Source: Candidatus Saccharimonadota bacterium (GTDB lineage: Bacteria; Patescibacteriota; Saccharimonadia; Saccharimonadales; UBA4665). Taken from it: 32,000 bases of DNA. Position numbers and translations under genes: made by a program. The notes beneath the pieces are model-generated. The model searched no databases, was not told the origin of the DNA, and worked only from the letters and a program-made list of their open reading frames with translations. Below, piece by piece: positions 10,901 through 17,866 of the stretch. The stretch's first letter is position 1, and every line of letters starts with the position of its first letter. The DNA is taken from NCBI GenBank assembly GCA_963718045.1, contig OY970350.1, positions 390,001-422,000 of the forward strand. Reading direction: 5' to 3'.

Positions 10901-11542
10901 AGCGTTGTCAACATGCTTAAAGACTTCGTGCATTTCGCTTTCATTGACACCTAATGCCCTAAGAAGGGTTGTTACCGGAATCTTACGTTTACGGTCTATC
11001 TTGACGAAGATGGCGCCACTAGTTGAGGTCTCAAATTCAAGCCAGGCACCTCGGCCAGGAATTACCTTGGCACCATAAAGTCTGGTTGTGCCGTGCTGTT
11101 CGGCAGTAAAAAAGACACCAGCAGATCTGATTAATTGGCTGACGACTACTCTTTCAGCACCGTTAATTACAAAAGTGCCGCGGCTGGTCATCCACGGATA
11201 ATCACCGAGGTATATCTCCTGCTCTTTAACTTCACCGGTAATCTTGTTGATTAGCTCAACCGTTGCCAGAAGCGGGGCTTCATAGCTGACGTTATTTTCT
11301 CTTGCCTCAAGTTCAGTTATTTTTGGCTGATCAAAATGATAATCTTTAAAATTTAAAGTTAGTTTAGTCCCCGTATAGTCTTCAAAGGGGCTCACTTCAT
11401 CAAGCAGCTCCCTGAGTCCCTCATCAACAAACCACTTAAAGGATTTGTTTTGATGATCGACTAACGATGGTAGCGGCAGAACATCTATTTGATTATTAAA
11501 ATATATTCTTTTATCTTGTGGTAGTGTAAGCCGTTTAGCCAT
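7970..11542 (-). CDS. rpoB: DNA-directed RNA polymerase subunit beta
   Basis: 1190 aa with an Rif-cluster-like [31 protein letters not shown], plus GRHGNKGV and PSRMNVGQ motifs. AAGGAGGT Shine-Dalgarno upstream. Carries a roughly 87-aa acidic C-terminal tail. Confidence 0.98.
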   Translation of the reverse strand: [1190 protein letters not shown]

Positions 11543-11813
11543 AAATCTAAAAATACCTCCTTATTACTAAAAGGATTTTAATTGTTCTTTAAATTCGCCT
11601 TGTAGCACTTGTTGTAACTTGATAATAATTAAATTCTTATCTATTAGGGGTCTATTTTTGTATAACTTTGAACCTGAAGACAACTAAATCTACTATTAAG
11701 TTTATGTATAAATTTTAGTACACAAATATAGCAGGCTTACACTACTTCTTAAGCTACAGTTTGAGGCATTATGCTAGCTATGTCAAGTAATATTTTAACT
11801 AAATTAACCTTGG

Positions 11814-12416
11814 CTATTTTCTGGGACTAATAATCGAATCGACTATGCCGTACTGCTTAGCTTCGGCCGCGCTTAGCCACTTGTCTCTCTCCATGTCCTC
11901 ATGAATCTTTTCTGGTTTTTGACCAGTGTTTTTTGCCATAATTGATTCCAGTAGTTTTTTAATTCTAAGTGATTCTCGAAGGTCTATTTCCTGGTCCGTT
12001 ACATTACCTTTCGTGCCTGAAGACGGCTGGTGTATCATGACTGTGGCATTAGGCAGAATATGGCGCTTGCCTTTTGTGCCGGAGCTTAACAGGAAGGCGG
12101 CGGCTGAAGCTTGGACGCCAATACCGACTGTCTCAATGTCATTTGACAGATACTGCATGGTGTCGTAGACGGCTAGGGCGTCATAAACACTTCCGCCTGG
12201 ACTGTTAATATAGAATTTAATGTCTTTTTTAGGGTCTTCAGCGTTTAGGAATAGCAGCTGGGCAACGACAATGTTGGCTGTTGCTTCATTAACATCCTGA
12301 CCGAGGAAGACTATCCGGTCTTTTAAAAGCCTAGAATAAATATCATAAGCTCGTTCATAACGGCCTTCAGATTCGACAACTGTTGGTATTAGGACTTGTG
12401 ATCTTATCTGACTCAT
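11814..12416 (-). CDS. clpP: ATP-dependent Clp protease proteolytic subunit ClpP
   Basis: ClpP fold with Ser ([11 protein letters not shown]), His (MIHQPS) and Asp (ERDKWLSA) at the triad positions. I place the start at ATG 12416, which has GGAG at 12421..12424. The GTG at 12458 used in the ORF track falls inside the CIRCE operator. Confidence 0.92.
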   Translation of the reverse strand: MSQIRSQVLIPTVVESEGRYERAYDIYSRLLKDRIVFLGQDVNEATANIVVAQLLFLNAEDPKKDIKFYINSPGGSVYDALAVYDTMQYLSNDIETVGIGVQASAAAFLLSSGTKGKRHILPNATVMIHQPSSGTKGNVTDQEIDLRESLRIKKLLESIMAKNTGQKPEKIHEDMERDKWLSAAEAKQYGIVDSIISPRK

Positions 12417-12440
12417 ATATCTCCTTTTAGGTATGGTTAT

Positions 12441-12469
12441 ATGATAATAAACTAGCACTCACGAGTCAA
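12441..12469 (-). promoter_or_regulatory. putative clpP promoter overlapping CIRCE
   Basis: The minus strand reads TTGACT (12464..12469, inside the CIRCE spacer), a 17-nt spacer, then TATCAT (12441..12446). The GGAG and ATG follow about 20 nt downstream. Confidence 0.45.
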
Positions 12470-12478
12470 GAGTGCTAA
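12452..12478. promoter_or_regulatory. CIRCE (HrcA operator) inverted repeat upstream of clpP
   Basis: CTAGCACTC-ACGAGTCAA-GAGTGCTAA compared with the consensus TTAGCACTC-N9-GAGTGCTAA: 17 of 18 arm positions match and the spacer is exactly 9 nt. It overlaps the tig stop codon. Confidence 0.8.
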
Positions 12479-13767
12479 GCCGACTTAGTGTTAGCCTTTG
12501 TTCGAATGAAATCTAGAACTTTTTCGGTTAACAGTCTCATGGCCAGTTCACGCTGATTTTCAGGCTTTGCCAGTTCGTCCTGCATCTTCGGGTCTAGGTA
12601 TTGTCTTTTAAGAACTGCTAAACGTTCTTCAAGTTCGTGATCTGACATGGTTATATTTTCCTTATTGGCTATTTCACCGACTGCCAGACCGGCTTTAATT
12701 CTGTTTCTAGCAGTCTCTTTTAGCTTTATGCCGTACTCTTCCTCGCTTTGACCTAGACTTGCCAGGAATTCCTGCCATGTCTGGCCGCGGTTAAGGCACG
12801 AACGTCTGGCTTCATCCATTAGCATATCCGCTTCACCCTGGACTATGCCGTCATCCAATTCGACGACAGTTTTTTCAGCTAATGTATTAAGTATTTTATT
12901 CTCGACTTCGATGGTTGCCTGTCTTTCGTTCTCGGCTTGTATTTCTTTCTTTAACTCTGCCTTAAGTTCATCAAGCGTAGCGAATGAACCGATGGTAGAA
13001 GCAAACTGATCATCGAGCTTGGGCAGCATTACGTCGTTAACTTCTTTCAGTGTGATCTTAAAAGTTACCTGGCGGGAAGCAAATGCTTTATCCGGGTAAT
13101 CTTTAGGGAAAGTTAGATCAAAAGTTTTGCTTTTATCATCTGTCATGCCAACGATCTTGTCTTCAAAGCCAGGAATAAGGGTGTTATCTCCTAAGAGTAA
13201 TCGGTAGTCTTTAGCACTGGCCGCTGCTAGTTTTTCTTTAGTTTTAGTGTCTACCCCTTCAAAGCTGACGACAACCAGGTTGCCATTATTAGCCGGGCTT
13301 TTAACCGGTTTCAAATTAGCTGCCCTTTTTTGTAAATTCGAAAGGGCTAGTTCTAACTGCCCAGGTGTAACTTTAGTGTCATTTTTAACTGTCTTTAAAG
13401 AGGCGTATGTCGGCAACTTAATGTCGCTTAAGACGGCAACTTCAACACTAACTTCAAGGTCACTAAAAGGAACAAACTTAGTGATAGTTATTTTTGGTTC
13501 ACCAATTATTCGAAGATCAAGCATTTTACGGCTATCTAGATACAGGGCATTAATAGCCCTGTTTAAAAATTCATCTTGCAGTTTATTTTGATCGATTTGC
13601 CTCGCGACCATGTCAGCTGGTGCCTTACCTGGTCTAAATCCAGGTACATTTACTGTTTCAGCTAAAGCCTGGGCTGATTCGAGGCGGTATTTATTTAATT
13701 CATTTTGGTCCGCACTCAGGATGTAACTAACCTTAGTCTTCGTGTTAGTCCGATTAGTCAGCTTCAT
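12475..13767 (-). CDS. tig: trigger factor (ribosome-associated PPIase chaperone)
   Basis: 430 aa. The N-terminal ribosome-binding region contains GFRPGKAP (the GFRxGxxP signature), followed by a central FKBP-like region and a C-terminal helical domain. Classical tig-clpP adjacency. Confidence 0.9.
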   Translation of the reverse strand: MKLTNRTNTKTKVSYILSADQNELNKYRLESAQALAETVNVPGFRPGKAPADMVARQIDQNKLQDEFLNRAINALYLDSRKMLDLRIIGEPKITITKFVPFSDLEVSVEVAVLSDIKLPTYASLKTVKNDTKVTPGQLELALSNLQKRAANLKPVKSPANNGNLVVVSFEGVDTKTKEKLAAASAKDYRLLLGDNTLIPGFEDKIVGMTDDKSKTFDLTFPKDYPDKAFASRQVTFKITLKEVNDVMLPKLDDQFASTIGSFATLDELKAELKKEIQAENERQATIEVENKILNTLAEKTVVELDDGIVQGEADMLMDEARRSCLNRGQTWQEFLASLGQSEEEYGIKLKETARNRIKAGLAVGEIANKENITMSDHELEERLAVLKRQYLDPKMQDELAKPENQRELAMRLLTEKVLDFIRTKANTKSA

Positions 13768-13806
13768 AGACAGTTACTTTAACACATAAAGGGGTGGATT
13801 TGTTAG

Positions 13807-14265
13807 CTAATGTCTGATAAAAAAAGACAGGCAAAAGACTAGGGATATAAACCAAACTACTTCGACAACGGCACCGATTGGGCGTTCAAACCACTGAATT
13901 TTATGGGCAAAGCGGCTGTATAAATTAGGCTTCCAGGGCAGCCGTTTGAGGGTCGAATAAAAACGGTTGAAGCTTAAAAGGTCTGGAGAGGCGGCTAAAA
14001 AGCCGCAAACAATTGCTAGCAACCAATGTGTTGGACGGCTGATGACTATAAGGGCGACAAGCAAAAGACAAAGTATAGTGTCGGCGATAAGCAGGCCAAT
14101 GAAAGGTTTGCTTTTTAATTTACTGTTGCCGTTACCGCCAAAACCAAAGTGCGGCAGGCTATCCAGAACATAGTGTGAGGCGAAAGCTAAGGGCATAGCT
14201 AAAAGAGGATCGGCTACAGTCAGCCCGATAAGTACACCTGTAAGAGAATGATTAATAGCTGTCAT
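13807..14265 (-). CDS. small polytopic membrane protein, possibly a YdjM/DUF457-like metal-dependent hydrolase
   Basis: 152 aa with about 4 hydrophobic helices. His and Asp residues lie near helix ends (NHSLTG, SHYVLDSLPH), reminiscent of membrane-bound metal-dependent hydrolases. The functional call is weak. Confidence 0.55.
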   Translation of the reverse strand: MTAINHSLTGVLIGLTVADPLLAMPLAFASHYVLDSLPHFGFGGNGNSKLKSKPFIGLLIADTILCLLLVALIVISRPTHWLLAIVCGFLAASPDLLSFNRFYSTLKRLPWKPNLYSRFAHKIQWFERPIGAVVEVVWFISLVFCLSFFIRH

Positions 14266-14446
14266 GAATATTTACTTTAGAAGACCTTAAGCTTGCTTGG
14301 ATCTATTATCTTATCGTTAGAATTATTGCTTAAGCTGATTGAGATTTTAGCACAAATAATATGCCTGAATATTCCTCTAGTATTATTTTAAAAGATTATG
14401 TTTACGAAGTTATATCTGATTTATTAAGCTAAAACATTTTAGGGAT

Positions 14447-14455
14447 TGTTATAAT
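14447..14455 (+). promoter_or_regulatory. extended -10 element (TGtTATAAT) for whiB, predicting a leaderless transcript
   Basis: TATAAT at 14450..14455 is preceded by TGt. Only 7 nt separate it from the GTG start at 14463, and there is no Shine-Dalgarno. Confidence 0.45.
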
Positions 14456-14462
14456 AATTACT

Positions 14463-14783
14463 GTGGGACCAGAAAGAGCTAAAGCAGTAATTCAAGAAGA
14501 TATTAGTGAAAAACCACCAGCTGTCGAACATTTAAGTTTGGTTGAACATTCTAATACTGAAAGAGCGGCATGGAGGGGAAAAGCTGCCTGTAAGGGTGTA
14601 GATCCGGACTTATTCTACCCAATTAAAGATAGTGATGCCGAAGATGCAAAAGCTGTATGTCAGCAGTGCCCAGTTAGAGTACCGTGCCTAGAATATGCAT
14701 TAGCAAACAATGAAAAAGAAGGTGTCTGGGGTGGACTTACAGAACGAGAGCGCCGAACCATATTAAGGCGGCGTTCCGGATAA
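14463..14783 (+). CDS. whiB: WhiB-like (Wbl) [4Fe-4S] transcriptional regulator
   Basis: 106 aa with four Cys in the Wbl pattern (C-x24-C-x2-C-x5-C: ACKG...VCQQCPVRVPC), the GVWGG turn and a basic C-terminus (RERRTILRRRSG). The GTG is the first canonical start after an in-frame TAA. Confidence 0.85.
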   Translation: MGPERAKAVIQEDISEKPPAVEHLSLVEHSNTERAAWRGKAACKGVDPDLFYPIKDSDAEDAKAVCQQCPVRVPCLEYALANNEKEGVWGGLTERERRTILRRRSG

Positions 14784-14828
14784 CGACCAAAGCGGAGTCA
14801 ATCCCTAAAGGATTAATTAAAGTTCTAC

Positions 14829-14913
14829 TGGTGCGCGAGAGAGGACTTGAACCTCCACGCCTTAACGGCACATGCTCCTAAGGCATGCGTGTATACCATT
14901 TCACCACTCGCGC
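14829..14913 (-). tRNA. tRNA-Leu (anticodon UAG), class II with long variable arm, CCA encoded
   Basis: Hand-folded structure. Acceptor stem GCGCGAG/CTCGCGC. D stem GTG/CAC. Anticodon stem CATGC/GCATG with loop CT-TAG-GA. Variable arm TGCCGTTAAGGCGT. T arm GGAGG-TTCAAGT-CCTCT. Discriminator A followed by CCA. Confidence 0.9.
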
Positions 14914-14993
14914 ATACCGATCATTTTACGTAATTCATCTATAAAACACCAGTCAATAGTCTCTATAGGCTGTTTGAATTGCTCTTAAGCTAG

Positions 14994-15821
14994 TCAGTTA
15001 ATTTTTCTTAAAAACCCGGCATCTAAAACCGCACTGTACCAGATCAAAGTAACGTCTTTAATGATGCGCGGAGCCAGTACTTGGCGCGATTGCCGGCCAA
15101 GTTTAATGGTCCAGCCGTAGCGGTAAAAGTTTTCATAAATTCCAAGATCGGCAACGGCCATAACCTGTTCATCGAACCATTCTTTTAAGCCTACTGTCCT
15201 AAGGTTTGCAATGTCTTGCTTAGTTACCCGGAGCTTTTTAAAGTTCATCGGTGCTATTAAGGTTGCAAAACCACCTTCGAACATGATGTGGGTGCTGATT
15301 AGGCCTTTAGGACCCCACATTCGCCAGTTGTTGCTTAACATTTCTTTTACACTTTTACCAGGCATAATCAGCTTATTTTTAATACTCGTTCTGGACCCTT
15401 GATTTTCTCCGCCTCTAAGCCTTCTCATCTCTTCCTCGTAGGGATGATGGTGAGCTGGTGTTAAGCCGTCAACAAGAGCATGAGCTAACCAGGCAGCATC
15501 AAAGGCGCTCCTGACCTGGTCTTTATTTTTAAGGGCTTTGACTAACTCATCATAATGCCCTTCTAGGATCGCATAAAGCCTATTATCTTTATTGTCAAAA
15601 GGGTCTATAAAATGCCATGGCTCATCTTTACCGGGACTTTTAATCTTAATGCTGTCTGGTCCATTGACGCCTTCAAATTTTAAGATGTCTTTGGTTTTAG
15701 GGAAAACGTCATCATTTATTAGTAATCTCTTTAGGTCTTCTCTGGCTACACGGTCAATTTTCTGATGGGCGCCAGTGATAACGCCAACATGTTTAGAAAA
15801 AATGTACATGCCAGAATACAT
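14994..15821 (-). CDS. zinc-dependent phospholipase C / S1-P1 nuclease superfamily-like protein
   Basis: 275 aa. Motif spacing mirrors Bacillus cereus PLC metal ligands: GAH19, WH70FIDP (PLC SH69FYDP), LAH114ALVD118GLTPAH124 (PLC LH118YLGD122VNQPMH128) and H178IMFE182 (PLC H142SKYE146). No obvious signal peptide. TGA stop. Confidence 0.55.
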   Translation of the reverse strand: MYSGMYIFSKHVGVITGAHQKIDRVAREDLKRLLINDDVFPKTKDILKFEGVNGPDSIKIKSPGKDEPWHFIDPFDNKDNRLYAILEGHYDELVKALKNKDQVRSAFDAAWLAHALVDGLTPAHHHPYEEEMRRLRGGENQGSRTSIKNKLIMPGKSVKEMLSNNWRMWGPKGLISTHIMFEGGFATLIAPMNFKKLRVTKQDIANLRTVGLKEWFDEQVMAVADLGIYENFYRYGWTIKLGRQSRQVLAPRIIKDVTLIWYSAVLDAGFLRKIN

Positions 15822-15839
15822 AAAAATATATAGATTTAG

Positions 15840-17864
15840 CTAGTTTAAATTAGTTAGTTTTTGCAGGGTTTTTACTTCTCGATGTAACTTAGGATACTTT
15901 AACAGATTTTGACCGCTACTAGCAAAGTCCTTAGCCGCTTCCCGGGCTTCTTTAATTAGTTTTGTATCGTCAAGACCGGCTATGCGCAGATCCAATTCGC
16001 CGTGCTGCAATTGCCCGTAGATAGCCCCAGGACCTCTGATAGACAGATCCAGTTCGGCCAGCTTAAAGCCGTCATTGCTTGATTCTAAGGCTCTTAGTCT
16101 ATCGCTTGGACTGTCATTGTCCGGTACTGCCAGATAGACACTGCCAGCATATTTACCGCGGCCAACCCTGCCTCTTAGCTGGTGCAGCTGAGCCAAACCA
16201 AACTTATCGGCATCAAAAACAATCATCATGGTGGCGTTAGGTACATCAATGCCAACCTCAATTACGGTTGTGGCCACTAGAATATCTAATTTATTACCTA
16301 CAAAGTCTTCCATGACTTTCAATTTGTCTTCGGATTTCAGCCGGCCGTGTATTAGTCCGATTTTTTGACCTGGAAAGTGTTTTACTGCCCATTTAAAGAT
16401 CTCCTCCGTTGAATATTTAGGATCAGTATCAATACTTGAGCTAACAATGAACATCTGGCGGCCAGAGTTTAGTTCGTCTATAAGAGCTGGCAGCGTGCGA
16501 AGAAGCATTGATTCAGATATAAGGCTTGTTTTTATAGGCAGGCGGTTAATTGGCTTGTCATTAAGTCTGGATATATCAAGTTCGCCAAATAAAGTCAGAG
16601 CTAGGCTTCTTGGTATTGGCGTGGCACTAAGGCTCAACATATGCGGCTGCAGATTAGCCTTTAGTTTTAAAGCCTGGCGCTGTTTAACGCCAAAACGGTG
16701 CTGTTCGTCTATTACGACTAAAGCAAGATCGGGAGTTTCGACTTTTTCCTGGATTAAGGCATGAGTACCAATAACAAACATTATCTCTTTGTTTTTAATT
16801 TTACGGCGAATCATTGTCTTATCTGACGGGCTCATATCGCCAATTAACATTCCAACCTGGCCGTCTAGCCCAATAGATTTAAACATTAGATTGACCGTTT
16901 CAAGGTGCTGTCTGGCGAGCAGCTCGGTCGGAGCCATTAATACAGCTTGCTTGCCGTCATTAATAGCCATTAGAGCGGCCATGGCGGCTACGGCAGTCTT
17001 TCCTGAACCGACATCACCCTCAACCAAACGATTCATTGGCCTGGTTTTAGCTATGTCCTTATATATTTGCCAAACGGCAATTTTTTGGTCATTAGTTAAA
17101 GTAAAAGGCAGTTTAGATACAAACTTGCGGGCTAGATCTTCATCAAAATTAATACTTAAGGCGCTATCATCGAGGTAAGCTTTTTTATTTAGCTCGCTTG
17201 CTAGGATCATCATAAAGAGCTCTTCAAAGCCTAGCCGTCTTTTAGCCGCCTGGAGATCCTTTATGCTTACCGGAAAGTGAATTGCTTCCAGGCTGGACGA
17301 CAAAGGTATAAGTGTATATTTAGCACTTATGTCCGGAGGCAGTGTTTCAGGAATTTGTCTTATATCTTTAGTCACTTTAGACAGTACCCACCTAATATCT
17401 CTTGAGTTAACACCTTTTGTCAGCGGGTATCTGGGTACAATCCGGGCCGTATTAATTGGATAGTCGGAAACTCTTTCAATAACCGGGTTATAGACGGCAA
17501 ACCGGCGGTAGCGAAGCTCATATTTACCGGAAATAAAGTATTCGGTGTCTTTCTTTAAACTAGTTAGCCTATACGGCTGGTTAAACCAGGTTAATCGGAC
17601 GCTGCCCGTATTATCGCTGACTAAAGCCTCGGTTATATGAAGGCCTTTTTTAAGATATTTACCGGTCATAGAGGTTACAGTAACCCTTAAATTAACATGG
17701 CCGGGGCGCATGCTTTTTATTGTTATAACTTCGGAAAAGTCATCATAGCGTCTCGGGTAATAATGAATGAGGTCATCGACCGTCTTAATCCCCAGACGGC
17801 CAAGCTTAATGGATAACTGATCACCGACACCGCTTATGCTGCGAACGTCAATTGCTTGGTCCAT
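15840..17864 (-). CDS. recG: ATP-dependent DNA helicase RecG
   Basis: 674 aa with an N-terminal wedge/OB region, Walker A GDVGSGKT, a DEQH box (VIDEQHRFG) and QLRGRVGRG motif VI. The start is 2 nt after the tyrS stop (TAGctATG). Confidence 0.93.
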   Translation of the reverse strand: MDQAIDVRSISGVGDQLSIKLGRLGIKTVDDLIHYYPRRYDDFSEVITIKSMRPGHVNLRVTVTSMTGKYLKKGLHITEALVSDNTGSVRLTWFNQPYRLTSLKKDTEYFISGKYELRYRRFAVYNPVIERVSDYPINTARIVPRYPLTKGVNSRDIRWVLSKVTKDIRQIPETLPPDISAKYTLIPLSSSLEAIHFPVSIKDLQAAKRRLGFEELFMMILASELNKKAYLDDSALSINFDEDLARKFVSKLPFTLTNDQKIAVWQIYKDIAKTRPMNRLVEGDVGSGKTAVAAMAALMAINDGKQAVLMAPTELLARQHLETVNLMFKSIGLDGQVGMLIGDMSPSDKTMIRRKIKNKEIMFVIGTHALIQEKVETPDLALVVIDEQHRFGVKQRQALKLKANLQPHMLSLSATPIPRSLALTLFGELDISRLNDKPINRLPIKTSLISESMLLRTLPALIDELNSGRQMFIVSSSIDTDPKYSTEEIFKWAVKHFPGQKIGLIHGRLKSEDKLKVMEDFVGNKLDILVATTVIEVGIDVPNATMMIVFDADKFGLAQLHQLRGRVGRGKYAGSVYLAVPDNDSPSDRLRALESSNDGFKLAELDLSIRGPGAIYGQLQHGELDLRIAGLDDTKLIKEAREAAKDFASSGQNLLKYPKLHREVKTLQKLTNLN

Positions 17865-17866
17865 AG

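Noticed and set aside
11740-11800. TTGACA hexamer (minus strand, about 11783..11788) as the rpoB promoter -35
   Set aside because: No acceptable -10 hexamer lies at 16-19 nt spacing (CATAAT is only 7 nt away), so I could not support a promoter call.
12417-12458. Longer clpP ORF starting at GTG 12458 ([14 protein letters not shown]…)
   Set aside because: That start codon lies inside the CIRCE inverted repeat and putative promoter. ATG 12416 has a GGAG Shine-Dalgarno 4-8 nt upstream and gives a normal ClpP N-terminus.
14784-14828. Small hairpin AATCC-ctaaa-GGATT after whiB as a terminator
   Set aside because: The stem is only 5 bp and AT-containing, with no following T-tract on either strand. 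Not distinguishable from chance.
13807-14993. Possible genomic island integrated at the 3' end of tRNA-Leu (whiB plus membrane protein as cargo)
   Set aside because: No integrase or recombinase. No direct repeat of the tRNA 3' end was spotted by eye. The flanks are core genes (tig and recG operons). Only two small genes are involved, so the evidence is insufficient.
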